Assembly (NCBI RefSeq): GCF_018882245.1
Contig: NZ_JACVOV010000001.1
Location: forward strand, 944,472 to 976,471
DNA length: 32,000 nt
Source of the DNA: Polynucleobacter sp. AP-Capit-er-40B-B4
Lineage (GTDB): Bacteria; Pseudomonadota; Gammaproteobacteria; Burkholderiales; Burkholderiaceae
Direction of reading: 5' to 3'
The notes under the pieces are model-generated. The model searched no databases, was not told where the DNA came from, and saw nothing but the letters and a program-made list of their open reading frames with translations. Positions 1 through 9,456 of this stretch are shown here, piece by piece; positions within the stretch are counted from its first letter, which is position 1, and each line of letters begins with the position of its first letter. A program made the translations under genes and the position numbers.

Positions 1-222
1 CCTGAGGCGCTTGCACACGCACTAGAAAAAATTCATAACTATGCTCAAGGCATTCCGTTTCAGGCTGTCGAGCAGCATCCAGAAACAGCGCAGATGATGA
101 TTCTGAATCCTCTTACTGCTGGCGGACTTGCGCAACTTTTCTCAACCCACCCTCCTACTGAAGAGCGGGTGGCACGCTTAATGCATATGGCTAAAAACGG
201 GGCATACCCCGGAGCAAATTAA
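1..222 (+). CDS. htpX: HtpX-type M48 membrane protease, C-terminal 73 codons (5' end lies outside the window)
   Basis: Frame 1 is open from the window edge to TAA 220-222. The translation ...[38 protein letters not shown] has the conserved HtpX C-terminal STHPP-x-ER motif. It is absent from the ORF track because it has no start codon in the window. Confidence 0.7.
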   Translation, partial: PEALAHALEKIHNYAQGIPFQAVEQHPETAQMMILNPLTAGGLAQLFSTHPPTEERVARLMHMAKNGAYPGAN

Positions 223-223
223 T

Positions 224-1540
224 TTGACCGACCAAAAAACACCACGCAGTCTCCCGCTTTCAGAAGCAATCACTATTGCAGCACAAGCAATCAGCGAGGT
301 AATGAGCGGAAGGTCACTTACAGAGGTCTTGGATCAACTAGAGCCCCATGAGCGCCCAATCGTTCAAAGCCTCAGTTTTGATGCGCTTCGAAAGTGGGTG
401 CGCTCTCATGAATTAATCAAGCAATTTATTCCAAAGACTCCGCCGCCTGAAACAGAGCACTTACTAAGCGTGGCAATCGCTTTATTTTTGCAGGATGCAG
501 CGGAAGGCAAAGGCTACCCGGCACACACCATTGTTGATCAGGCTGTGAAGGCATGTGGCGAATATGACAAGACTATGTACGCCAAGGGATTGGTGAATGC
601 AGTGCTGCGCAAGGTAAGCCTCTTAGTGCAGCCGCCCGAAGGCGAGAAACGTTATCCACCCGACCCGATTCCAATGTATGTGCCTGCATGGTGGCGCGCA
701 AATTTAAAACGTAATTACTCAAAACATTGGCAATCGATTTTGTTTCAGCAGGCCAAGCGCGCACCATTAATTTTGCGTGTTAATCAACGGCAATACACGC
801 GCGAGCAATATCAATCACTATTGTCTGATGCCGGCATTCCATCAAAACCAATAGATGAAGTGGCTGGCATTCAATTGCCTTGTGCACTTTTAGTTCCAGA
901 AGCTGTGCCCGTTTCTGATTTGCCTGGTTTTTATAGTGGCGCTGTATCTGTACAAGATGCGGGAGCACAACTAGCTGCGATTTTGTTGAGCCCACAGGAG
1001 GGCGAATTAGTGCTAGATGCATGCGCTGCTCCTGGCGGAAAAACCGCACATTTATTGGAGCTTGCCGATTGTTCAATGCAGGCCTTGGAATTAGATGGCG
1101 AGCGGATTGGAAAAATTAGCGGCAATCTAGATCGCCTTCGCCTGCATTCTGAAAAGGTAAGAGTGTTGCGTGGAGATGCGTCTAAAGCCGCATGGTGGGA
1201 TGGGGTTCTTTTTGACAAAATTTTGCTTGATGCGCCTTGTTCTGCCTCGGGAATTGTGTCTCGACATCCAGATATTCCATTTTTAAGACGTGAGGCGGAT
1301 GTAAAAGCGCTGCAAGAAAGACAGCGCGGTATTCTGAATCAGGCGTGGAAGATGCTCAAGCCGGGTGGCGCCCTCTTGTATGTAACTTGCTCAATATTTG
1401 TCGAAGAGGGCGAGGATCAAGCCAATTGGTTTGCTGAGCAGCATTCCGATGCGGTACGATTAGACGCTCCAGGCCAGCTTTTGCCGGGCGAACTAAATGA
1501 CGGTTTTTATTATGCTTTGTTTAAGAAAAATGGGCCATGA
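224..1540 (+). CDS. rsmB: 16S rRNA (cytosine967-C5)-methyltransferase RsmB/Sun
   Basis: 438 aa with a NusB-like N-terminus. It has the SAM-binding motif LDACAAPGGKT and the two catalytic cysteine motifs DAPCSASG and TCS of RsmB-type m5C methyltransferases. The start is TTG. Confidence 0.9.
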   Translation: MTDQKTPRSLPLSEAITIAAQAISEVMSGRSLTEVLDQLEPHERPIVQSLSFDALRKWVRSHELIKQFIPKTPPPETEHLLSVAIALFLQDAAEGKGYPAHTIVDQAVKACGEYDKTMYAKGLVNAVLRKVSLLVQPPEGEKRYPPDPIPMYVPAWWRANLKRNYSKHWQSILFQQAKRAPLILRVNQRQYTREQYQSLLSDAGIPSKPIDEVAGIQLPCALLVPEAVPVSDLPGFYSGAVSVQDAGAQLAAILLSPQEGELVLDACAAPGGKTAHLLELADCSMQALELDGERIGKISGNLDRLRLHSEKVRVLRGDASKAAWWDGVLFDKILLDAPCSASGIVSRHPDIPFLRREADVKALQERQRGILNQAWKMLKPGGALLYVTCSIFVEEGEDQANWFAEQHSDAVRLDAPGQLLPGELNDGFYYALFKKNGP

Positions 1541-2118
1541 GCCGAAGAATTAAACAATTCCTCTTCTTGCTCTTAATGGTTATGGGGATGATCTCCACTA
1601 CCGTTAGTGCAGAAGGCATCAAGATCAAATCCTTTGAGCTGGAAAGGTCCGATAACGACTGGTTATTGAGCGCCACGTTTCAGATCGAACTGTCTCCAGG
1701 ACTAGAAGACGCAGTACAAAAAGGTGTAGTGCTGTACTTCCAAACCGAGTTTGATCTAACGAGATCACGTTGGTATTGGTTCGATGAAAAGCCAGCCCTT
1801 ATTCAAAGGCAAACCCGCTTGTCATATCAGCCCTTAACGCAGCAGTACCGCATTGCCTCCGAAGGTTTTACTTTCTCAGCTAAATCAATGTCTGAAGCAT
1901 TGCAAGCGGTAGGCAGCATTGGTGGATGGCGTGTAATGGAGAATTCACAGCTAGACCCAGGGAAGTCATATACAGCAAGTATGCGTATGACCTTAGACCT
2001 TAGCAAACTGCCAAAGCCGTTTCAGGTCAATGCTCTGAACAACCGCGATTGGAATGTTTCTAGTGATTGGTATCGTTTCCCATTTTCCTCAAACGGCCCT
2101 AATCTGATTAAGCGATGA
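1537..2118 (+). CDS. DUF4390-like secreted protein
   Basis: 193 aa with a signal peptide (LLLMVMGMISTTVSA). ATGA stop/start overlaps link it to both neighbours. It sits in the conserved position between rsmB and ntrY, and the RWYWFD and LSYQPLTQQYR motifs match my recollection of DUF4390. Confidence 0.6.
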   Translation: MSRRIKQFLFLLLMVMGMISTTVSAEGIKIKSFELERSDNDWLLSATFQIELSPGLEDAVQKGVVLYFQTEFDLTRSRWYWFDEKPALIQRQTRLSYQPLTQQYRIASEGFTFSAKSMSEALQAVGSIGGWRVMENSQLDPGKSYTASMRMTLDLSKLPKPFQVNALNNRDWNVSSDWYRFPFSSNGPNLIKR

Positions 2119-4424
2119 GATCTATAGCAACCCTGCTGGACTCAGGCTTTTTTACATCAAAAGCGTTGGGCAAAAAAGTTGTGCCAATCACGATTGGATT
2201 AATTGGCTTATTCGCTCTATTACTATTGGTTCTATTGGCAATAGCCTCATCCAATACAGAATTTTTTGATAACTATTTCATTTGGCTGTACGCCGCGAAT
2301 GTAGTCATTGGCGTTTGTTTGACTTTAGTTATTTTGACTCTAGTAGGCGTGATCGCGGTACGCTGGTATCGAGGCCATTTTGGCACCCGCTTGATTGCCA
2401 AACTGGCGATGATTTTTGCTTTGGTTGGTATTGTTCCCGGATTAATTTTGTACGGCGTATCTTTGCAGTTCGTATCCCGAAGCATTGAAACTTGGTTTGA
2501 TGTGAAGGTAGAGTCAGCATTAAATTCCGGCTTGGAATTAGGGCGAGTGACTCTGCGGGTCGCCGAGGAAGAGATTTTGGGTGAGGGCAACTTTATTGCA
2601 GAACAAATTGTTCAAGCCCCTTCGGGTGCAACAGCTGATCAGGTTGGCGCCACGATTATGAAGATTCGCAACCAATTCGGCATCCAAGAGGTAAGCCTCT
2701 TCACTATGCAGCGGAACTTGATTGTTACTAGCGAGCTAAAGCCTAAAAAATATTTTCCCGCGCCCAGTGCAGAGGTGGTTGCTGAGGCATTTAAAAAGAA
2801 AGGGATAACTTTTCTAGATCAAATTGAAATGGATGGCGGGCAGCGCGGTTATCGAATTAGGGCAATTATTCCGGTTGTTCGTAAAAAAACTATTCATAGC
2901 AAATTAGATTCTGGCAAAGATGCGGACGATAAATATTTTTTACAACTCGTGCGCTATATTCCAACCCCATTGGCTAAAAACATTTTTGCGGTTGAGTCTG
3001 CTTATAGTGAGTATCAAGAAAAATCGTTAGGGCGCACAGGCCTGCGGAAGATGTTTGTGGGCACCCTAACCCTTACACTTTTCTTTGCAGTATTTGTTGC
3101 GATTACCTTGGCACTCATGCTGGGTAGGCAGTTAGCTCGCCCACTCTTAATGCTGTTGAAGGGCACGCAAGCGGTTGCCCAGGGAGATTTATCACCTAAG
3201 CCTGAGTTGGATACTGGCGATGAACTAGGGATGCTTACACGTCAATTTAATGTCATGACAAGGCAGCTGGCAGATACTCGCACCTCTTTACAAGAATCCA
3301 AGGCATTCTTAGAGCGCGTTCTAGGGAGCCTTACTGCAGGCGTATGCATTTTTGATAAAAACTATAACGTTGTATCTAGCAATGCAGGGGCGGACCGAAT
3401 TTTTGGTCAAGACCTCACTCAGCTTGACGGAAAACCCCTGAGTAGCAGTCCTGCTTTGCAAGAGTTTGAGGGCGCGATTAAAGAGGGCTTTGCGACCATG
3501 AAGCTTGCTGTGGTTAGCGAGGGCGATGCAGCGCAAAATACCAAACAAACCAATGCTCCTGTGTGGCAGAAACAAATTCAGCTACACAGCACTAATGAGT
3601 TTGAAAATGAACTAGGCGTTACTTTATTTGTGCGTGGCACAGAGTTGACTGGTGATTTACGCATGGTTGTTTTTGATGACATTACCGATGTGGTGAGCGC
3701 ACAAAGATCGATTGCATGGAGCGAAGTGGCAAGACGCCTTGCCCATGAGATTAAAAACCCTCTAACACCTATTCAGCTCTCCGCCGAAAGGTTGCAACAT
3801 AAGCTCGCTGGAAAGCTGAGTCCAGAGCAAGAAGAAATGATCAATCGCAGCACTGAAACCATTATTGGTCAGGTGCAGGCCATGAAAGAAATGGTGAATG
3901 ACTTTAGGGATTTTGCTAAGACGCCAACCCCACAATTGAAGCCGGTATCAATTAATACGCTCACTTCAGAGATTTTGGGTCTTTATGAAGGAAGCCCATT
4001 AAAAACGAAATTGGATCCATCTTGCCCAAATATTATGGGTGACCCAACCCAGTTGCGGCAGGTGATTCATAACTTACTCCAAAATGCCCAAGATGCCACT
4101 CTTGAGGGCCCGAACCCTAGCAGCCCAGTTGAGGTGAAAACAGAGTTGGTGCCTTACGGTGAGCATAATGGCGTAGTTCAAAATGCAGTGCGATTAACAA
4201 TAAGTGATTGTGGAGTTGGATTTCCAGCTAAGATATTGGCAAGAGCCTTTGAGCCGTATGTAACAACAAAGAGCAAAGGTACTGGATTAGGCTTGGCAGT
4301 AGTGAAAAAAATTGTTGATGATCACGCTGCAAAAATTGAAATTAGAAATCGTATGCAGGGCGATGAAGTAGTTGGTGCGCAGGTATCAATATTGTTTATG
4401 AATCTAGCAAAAGAGGCAGCCTAA
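2115..4424 (+). CDS. ntrY: NtrY-like sensor histidine kinase
   Basis: 769 aa with N-terminal transmembrane segments, a HAMP-like linker and a PAS region. It has the H-box HEIKNPLTPI and the ATPase boxes NLLQNAQDA, DCGVGF and GTGLGLAVVKKIV. Confidence 0.85.
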   Translation: MRSIATLLDSGFFTSKALGKKVVPITIGLIGLFALLLLVLLAIASSNTEFFDNYFIWLYAANVVIGVCLTLVILTLVGVIAVRWYRGHFGTRLIAKLAMIFALVGIVPGLILYGVSLQFVSRSIETWFDVKVESALNSGLELGRVTLRVAEEEILGEGNFIAEQIVQAPSGATADQVGATIMKIRNQFGIQEVSLFTMQRNLIVTSELKPKKYFPAPSAEVVAEAFKKKGITFLDQIEMDGGQRGYRIRAIIPVVRKKTIHSKLDSGKDADDKYFLQLVRYIPTPLAKNIFAVESAYSEYQEKSLGRTGLRKMFVGTLTLTLFFAVFVAITLALMLGRQLARPLLMLLKGTQAVAQGDLSPKPELDTGDELGMLTRQFNVMTRQLADTRTSLQESKAFLERVLGSLTAGVCIFDKNYNVVSSNAGADRIFGQDLTQLDGKPLSSSPALQEFEGAIKEGFATMKLAVVSEGDAAQNTKQTNAPVWQKQIQLHSTNEFENELGVTLFVRGTELTGDLRMVVFDDITDVVSAQRSIAWSEVARRLAHEIKNPLTPIQLSAERLQHKLAGKLSPEQEEMINRSTETIIGQVQAMKEMVNDFRDFAKTPTPQLKPVSINTLTSEILGLYEGSPLKTKLDPSCPNIMGDPTQLRQVIHNLLQNAQDATLEGPNPSSPVEVKTELVPYGEHNGVVQNAVRLTISDCGVGFPAKILARAFEPYVTTKSKGTGLGLAVVKKIVDDHAAKIEIRNRMQGDEVVGAQVSILFMNLAKEAA

Positions 4425-4426
4425 GC

Positions 4427-5110
4427 ATGGCTAGTATTTTGGTTGTTGATGATGAGATGGGAATTCGTGAGCTTCTCAATGAGATTCTGACGGATGAGGG
4501 CCATACTGTGTACGCCGCAGAGAGTGCGATACAAGCACGCACCATTCGCGAACAAATGCGTCCTGATCTGGTGCTGCTCGATATTTGGATGCCAGATACC
4601 GACGGCATTACTTTATTAAAAGAATGGTCTAACACCGGCCAGCTCACTATGCCCGTGGTGATGATGTCTGGCCACGCAACAATTGATACCGCTGTTGAAG
4701 CAACTCGAATTGGCGCTCTAAACTTTTTAGAAAAGCCGATTGCATTACAAAAGCTTTTGAAGACAGTTAGCAAGGCTTTAGAGAGCTCTCCAAAATATGT
4801 TGAACCTGAACAAGAGCGCGCTGTTCAGGCCAGCACAAACGCAGTGGCAACACCAAAGCAGGTGATTGTTGAGTCGGCTCCTGCGCCTGCCGAAGGTGAA
4901 TACATCAGCGGAATAGCAAAAACGTATTTCGACCTCCCATTAAGAGAGGCTAGGGATCTCTTTGAAAAAGCGTATTTTGAGCATCAAATGCAAATCATGG
5001 GCGGCAGCATGACCAAGATTTCCGAGTACACAGGTCTTGAGCGCACCCATTTGTATCGCAAGCTTAAGGCGCTAGGAATAGATACATCGCGGAACAAAGG
5101 CGAGAGCTAG
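4427..5110 (+). CDS. ntrX: NtrX-like response regulator (REC + Fis-type HTH, no AAA+ module)
   Basis: 227 aa. The receiver domain shows VVDDE, LLDIWMPDTDG and FLEKP. The C-terminus has a Fis-type HTH (ISEYTGLERTHLYRKLKALGI). The protein is too short to hold a sigma54 AAA+ domain. Confidence 0.75.
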   Translation: MASILVVDDEMGIRELLNEILTDEGHTVYAAESAIQARTIREQMRPDLVLLDIWMPDTDGITLLKEWSNTGQLTMPVVMMSGHATIDTAVEATRIGALNFLEKPIALQKLLKTVSKALESSPKYVEPEQERAVQASTNAVATPKQVIVESAPAPAEGEYISGIAKTYFDLPLREARDLFEKAYFEHQMQIMGGSMTKISEYTGLERTHLYRKLKALGIDTSRNKGES

Positions 5111-5186
5111 ACCCCTGTTATCCAAGGGCATGCAGCCCATAAAATTAGGCAAATCCCCCAAATCAAGGGCGCTTAAAGCAAATTCG

Positions 5187-5241
5187 TTATAATTCCAAGT
5201 CTTGGCCTGGTAGCTCAGTCGGTAGAGCAGAGGATTGAAAA
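5187..5241 (+). repeat. attL-type repeat copy 1: native TATAAT box plus displaced 5' 38 nt of tRNA-Phe
   Basis: The 55 nt TTATAATTCCAAGTCTT+GGCCTGGTAGCTCAGTCGGTAGAGCAGAGGATTGAAAA are identical to 11616-11670 and 22907-22961. Identity to the tRNA stops after the anticodon loop (TTGAAAA); the next base is A instead of T. Confidence 0.9.
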
Positions 5242-5441
5242 AAATATTTTTCGATGTTTGACAGTTGTAAACATTAGCTCAAAGCTTCTCTTCACAGCGC
5301 CGTTCAATTCGCAGAAATATCTGCGGCACTCAATAAAAAAATCACACACATAATTTTGTTCGCAGAGTATTGCGTGGGATTTTTGCGACGATAAAAAACT
5401 AATCGTCGTCCAAGTAGGCGTTTGAAAACATACTTGCGTGT

Positions 5442-6656
5442 ATGAGTTCGCTACAACAATTATTCACAACACAGTTTGATGCAAACACTATTAAACAAGT
5501 AAAGCTGATGGACGGCAAAGCCTTGCTGTATAAGCGTCCGCAGTCATCACAGTGGCAAGTGCGATTTAAGTTGGCAAACAACAAGTGGCATAGCACGACA
5601 ACAAATACTACTGACATAGAGCAAGCAAAGATAAATGCGATTGTAATATATGAAACAGTAAAAATAAAAACAGACGCTGGCTTGGCAATCACTACGAAAA
5701 CATTTAAGCAGATTGCGTTAGATGAAATTGCAAATATGAGTAGAGCATTGAATAACAACATTGGTCGTCGTTGTTATAGAGATTATATTTTTGCAATCAA
5801 TAAATATCTCATTCCTTTTTTTGGCGCCTACGAAATAGAAAACATTACAACAGAGATGCTTGCAGATTTTGATGCGTGGCGAATTACTGAAATGAATAAA
5901 GTACCGATGGCAAGCACGAAACGCAATCACGCAAGTGCATATATTCGTGTTGTGAATTTAGCGAGAGAGCGTGGCTATGTTGCACACAATCGTGCTGTGC
6001 CAATGTTAGACAGCAAAGGCAAGCGTAGTCAGCCTCGCCCAGCTTTTAGTAAAGAAGAAATTATTGATTTGATAAGTTATACAGAGACTTGGGTAAGGAG
6101 TAGCTATACAGAACGCACAAAACTAATGCGAACGCTGTGTGTTGCTTACATAGAATTTTTGGTAAACACTGGAGTTAGACACGGCACAGAAGCACTACGC
6201 TTGCGTTGGAAACACTTGCAGTGGCATTGGATAGGCAATAAAAAATATTTGCGTGTTTGGGTAAGTGGCAAGACTGGTCCACGCTACCTAATTGCTAAGC
6301 ACGAAGTAATCAAAGTATTTGAGCGTCTAATGCGTTGGCATAAGTTGGACTACACAAACTTAAATGGACTAATTGAAGCTAAGTTAGACAAAGCCATCTT
6401 TTGTTTGCCTGACAACACGCAGATAAGCAATATGGAAAATATATTTAGAAACTTAATGGTGCGAAGCAGTATGCGTAAGGATAGTGGTGGCTTAAACCGA
6501 ACGCTGTATAGCTTGCGTCATACCTACGCTACTTTTGCGTTAGCAAGCGGCATTGATATACATACGCTTGCTAAGCAAATGGGAACTAGCGTGAATATGA
6601 TTGAACGGCACTACAGCAAAATGACAGCAACAATGGCAGCAGAGAGATTGGCATAA
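5442..6656 (+). CDS. int: Tyrosine recombinase / island integrase (I1)
   Basis: 404 aa. Catalytic contexts are NTGVRHGTE (Arg), LYSLRHTYATFAL (His-x-x-Arg region) and IERHYSK (Tyr). It is colinear and gap-free with 17097..18311, at roughly two-thirds identity by eye. Confidence 0.9.
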   Translation: MSSLQQLFTTQFDANTIKQVKLMDGKALLYKRPQSSQWQVRFKLANNKWHSTTTNTTDIEQAKINAIVIYETVKIKTDAGLAITTKTFKQIALDEIANMSRALNNNIGRRCYRDYIFAINKYLIPFFGAYEIENITTEMLADFDAWRITEMNKVPMASTKRNHASAYIRVVNLARERGYVAHNRAVPMLDSKGKRSQPRPAFSKEEIIDLISYTETWVRSSYTERTKLMRTLCVAYIEFLVNTGVRHGTEALRLRWKHLQWHWIGNKKYLRVWVSGKTGPRYLIAKHEVIKVFERLMRWHKLDYTNLNGLIEAKLDKAIFCLPDNTQISNMENIFRNLMVRSSMRKDSGGLNRTLYSLRHTYATFALASGIDIHTLAKQMGTSVNMIERHYSKMTATMAAERLA

Positions 6657-6700
6657 CAATGTAATATTGGTTATCTGCTTACTTTTTATATATGTGACTT

Positions 6701-7387
6701 ATGGCACGCTTTAATAACGAGACACGCAAGAAGCGTATTAAAGAGCTAATGCGTATGTTGGAAAAAGGATTGGATGTTTCGCCGCGTGACTTTAATAATG
6801 CGGTTGGCAAAGACTTTGCAAAACTATACAAACAGCGTTGGGCTGAGCAACAAGAGTTGCGTGAAATAAAACCACCGCAAGAAGTAAAAGAGTATGAGCA
6901 AATGCTACAAGAAGCAGTGATGTGGCACGGAAAATTGGATAGCTATAGCGGACGCAATCCCAAAGTTGGCAAAGTAATTGTCAATCGCATTAAAAAAGCA
7001 GACGAGATTAAAAATAAGACTGACGGCTTATTTGAGCGAGCATACGAAAAATTACAAGAAATTATTAGCAAAGACAAAACATTGGCAGTATGGTTTGACA
7101 GAGATATTGATTTTAGTTTTGACAGCGATATAAGTTTAGATAGCGATGGTATGCCACGCTTGATTACAAGTAAGAGTGCGAATAATTTGGCACAAGGACG
7201 ATTACAGCAATTGCACGGATGGAAAACAAAAGCACAAGTGAAGTTAGATGTAATGGCATTAGCGTTAGAGGAATTGGTAAAGCAAGAACGCACAGCAGAA
7301 GAAATTGAAGCAGAGTTAAAACAAAACCAACAACAAGCAGAGAAGTTAAAAGGAATGCTTGCTAACTTGAAGAAGCAAGGCAAGTAA
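6701..7387 (+). CDS. Hypothetical coiled-coil protein (I1 cargo)
   Basis: A 228-aa ORF rich in K/E/Q. I recognise no family and see no clear SD. Confidence 0.5.
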   Translation: MARFNNETRKKRIKELMRMLEKGLDVSPRDFNNAVGKDFAKLYKQRWAEQQELREIKPPQEVKEYEQMLQEAVMWHGKLDSYSGRNPKVGKVIVNRIKKADEIKNKTDGLFERAYEKLQEIISKDKTLAVWFDRDIDFSFDSDISLDSDGMPRLITSKSANNLAQGRLQQLHGWKTKAQVKLDVMALALEELVKQERTAEEIEAELKQNQQQAEKLKGMLANLKKQGK

Positions 7388-7511
7388 GGATGGTTTGGCT
7401 GACTACACAGCTAAAAAACCTACACATAAAGCCCACTAGCCATAAGCCTTTTATATGTATGTTTTTCGACTGTGTGCCTGACCATCAAATCCTTGCCAAC
7501 CAAGTAATCCA

Positions 7512-8096
7512 TCACACCACAGCCAAATTCTCCACAGCGTTTCTCATAAGCTCACTATTGCAGTCGATATAGCATTGCACACTACTAAGTGCTTTATGTC
7601 CGCTTAATCCCATAATCACTCTTACGCCGATACCTTTGTTTGCAAGCGTGGTTATGAAGGTACGACGCGACGAATGTGAGCTTGCTCCATCCAACCCAAC
7701 ACGCTTATACAAATAGTGAAAGTGCTGTGTAAGCGTATTTGCCGTAAAGCCGTCGCTATCCTTCTTTTGACTATAGAAGAACTTATTGCTTGGATTTGAG
7801 TTGGCATATACCTTTACGTATTGCTGTAGCTCTTTTCGTAACTTCTCGTTCACAAATACCGTTCTTGCTTCATTAGTCTTTGTATTCTCTGCCAATAAGC
7901 GTATTTCATTCTTTATGTTGCCTTCGCTATCAACAACATCTTTAATTCTCAAACTTGCTACCTCGCTGACACGCATTCCCGTATTAAACATAATTAACAC
8001 TAACGCTCTATTGCGTTGTGAGTGTTTTCTTGTTGAACAGTAATCAAGTACTTTACGGATTTCTGTGCTGTTTAGAACCTTTGCTTGCTTAGTCAT
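7512..8096 (-). CDS. Small catalytic-domain-only tyrosine recombinase (FimB/FimE-sized), I1
   Basis: 194 aa if started at ATG 8096, which has AAGGA 7 nt upstream; the track's start at 8189 adds 31 aa that are absent from the I2 paralog. Motifs are NTGMRVSEVASL (Arg), HSSRRTFIT (His-x-x-Arg), GH and Y in VQCYID. It is homologous to 19902..20468. Confidence 0.8.
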   Translation of the reverse strand: MTKQAKVLNSTEIRKVLDYCSTRKHSQRNRALVLIMFNTGMRVSEVASLRIKDVVDSEGNIKNEIRLLAENTKTNEARTVFVNEKLRKELQQYVKVYANSNPSNKFFYSQKKDSDGFTANTLTQHFHYLYKRVGLDGASSHSSRRTFITTLANKGIGVRVIMGLSGHKALSSVQCYIDCNSELMRNAVENLAVV

Positions 8097-8404
8097 AACT
8101 TTTTCCTTCTTTAACCAAATGTTTGCTAAGCGTTTAATGTATTTTCTTTTGTATCTTTCTGCGACCGTTTCGTGTGTGTATGCTGTCAAATTAAATTCTT
8201 TCCAATAATCAATGAGATATGTAGGTTTTGACGAGAAACCAAAGCTTCTTTGTATTTCCTTACATATAACTATTTATTGATAGTGTTGGATTTTGACTAC
8301 AGAAATACGCAGACTTGCGTACAGCGTCTATACGCTGTTTGAGCACATCTCTGCTGTATTGCTATTCACTGTCACTCGTTAAGTGTTTATAGCGTGGGTT
8401 TGAG

Positions 8405-9448
8405 GTGCTGTTTGACAAATTAAACGATTGGGCAGAGTATAAAAATATGACAAACACTAATACTGACTTAAATCTTCGCTACAGACGCTTGTTTGAAACT
8501 GCACAAGATGGCATTTTGATATTGGAATTTGAAACAGGAAAAATTGAAGATGTAAATCCATACCTAATACAGATGCTTGGTTATACAAAAGAAGAGCTTG
8601 TTGGTATGGAGTTGTGGGAAATTGGTGCAATGGTTGATAAAAGTGCGTCCATTAAAGCCTTTGCTGTATTACAGAAGGACGGCTATATTAAATACAACGA
8701 TTTACCATTACGCACAAAAGATGGAAAAATTATTAGCGTTGAGTTTGTAAGTAATGTATACGGTGTAAATGGCGACAGAGTTATTCAATGCAACATTAGA
8801 GACATTACAAGCAGAAAGAATGCTGAAAGTTCTTTAATCCGCTATCAACAAGCTCTCGCACTCAATATGTATCAGGTTGTGGAGGCATTGACTAAAGTTA
8901 TCGTAGCGAGAGATGCATACACTTACCAACATCAATGTAGTGTTGCACACTTGTGTGTTGCAATTGCTACAGAAATGAATTTACCAATCAATCTGATTGA
9001 AGGATTAAAGCTAAGTGCGTTGATACACGACATTGGCAAGATTGCTGTGCCAGCAGAAATTTTAAGCAAGCCAACCAAATTAGAATCTTTCGAACTTGAA
9101 GCATTGCATAGACACGCACAAACTGGTTTTGATATTGTTAAGAAAATAAACTTCGAATGGGCACTTGCACAAACCATCTATCAACATCACGAACGACTTG
9201 ATGGCAGTGGTTATCCCAATCACTTAAAAGGCGATAGCATTATTAAGGAAGCAAGAATATTAGCTGTAGCTGATACTGTTGAAGCAATGTCTCACGCTCG
9301 TCCGTATCGTCCTGCAATTGGTATAGATGCGGCATTGCAAGAAATTGAGAATGGCAAAGGAAAGCTATTTGATGCTGAGGTTGTTGATGCTTGCTTAAAG
9401 TTGTTTAGAGAAGATGGTTATCAATTCCCCCCCCCCCATACTAAATAA
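8405..9448 (+). CDS. PAS-domain HD-GYP cyclic-dinucleotide phosphodiesterase
   Basis: The N-terminal PAS region reads LFETAQDGILILE...VNPYLIQMLGYTKEEL. The HD-GYP signature is LIHDIGK ... HHERLDGSGYP. The start is GTG 8405 or ATG 8447. Confidence 0.85.
   Translation: MLFDKLNDWAEYKNMTNTNTDLNLRYRRLFETAQDGILILEFETGKIEDVNPYLIQMLGYTKEELVGMELWEIGAMVDKSASIKAFAVLQKDGYIKYNDLPLRTKDGKIISVEFVSNVYGVNGDRVIQCNIRDITSRKNAESSLIRYQQALALNMYQVVEALTKVIVARDAYTYQHQCSVAHLCVAIATEMNLPINLIEGLKLSALIHDIGKIAVPAEILSKPTKLESFELEALHRHAQTGFDIVKKINFEWALAQTIYQHHERLDGSGYPNHLKGDSIIKEARILAVADTVEAMSHARPYRPAIGIDAALQEIENGKGKLFDAEVVDACLKLFREDGYQFPPPHTK
9427..9437 (+). repeat. Homopolymeric C11 tract inside the last 8 codons of the HD-GYP gene
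   Basis: Counted directly: TTC CCC CCC CCC CAT ACT AAA TAA. Confidence 0.95.
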
Positions 9449-9456
9449 TTCTAATG

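Noticed and set aside
573-1218. Track ORFs 573..767, 780..1076 and 931..1218 on the minus strand inside rsmB. The same applies to 2273..2590, 2282..2488, 2329..2520 and 3321..3575 inside ntrY, and 4396..4773 inside ntrX.
   Set aside because: They overlap genes with clear domain content, either antisense or out of frame. They have no RBS or recognisable motifs and are typical shadow ORFs.
5399-7572. Track ORFs 5399..5761, 5718..5930 and 6943..7383 (minus strand), and 7390..7572 (plus strand).
   Set aside because: The first three are antisense to int1 or to the 228-aa gene and are low-complexity and hydrophobic. 7390..7572 overlaps the 3' end of the small recombinase gene and lacks an SD.
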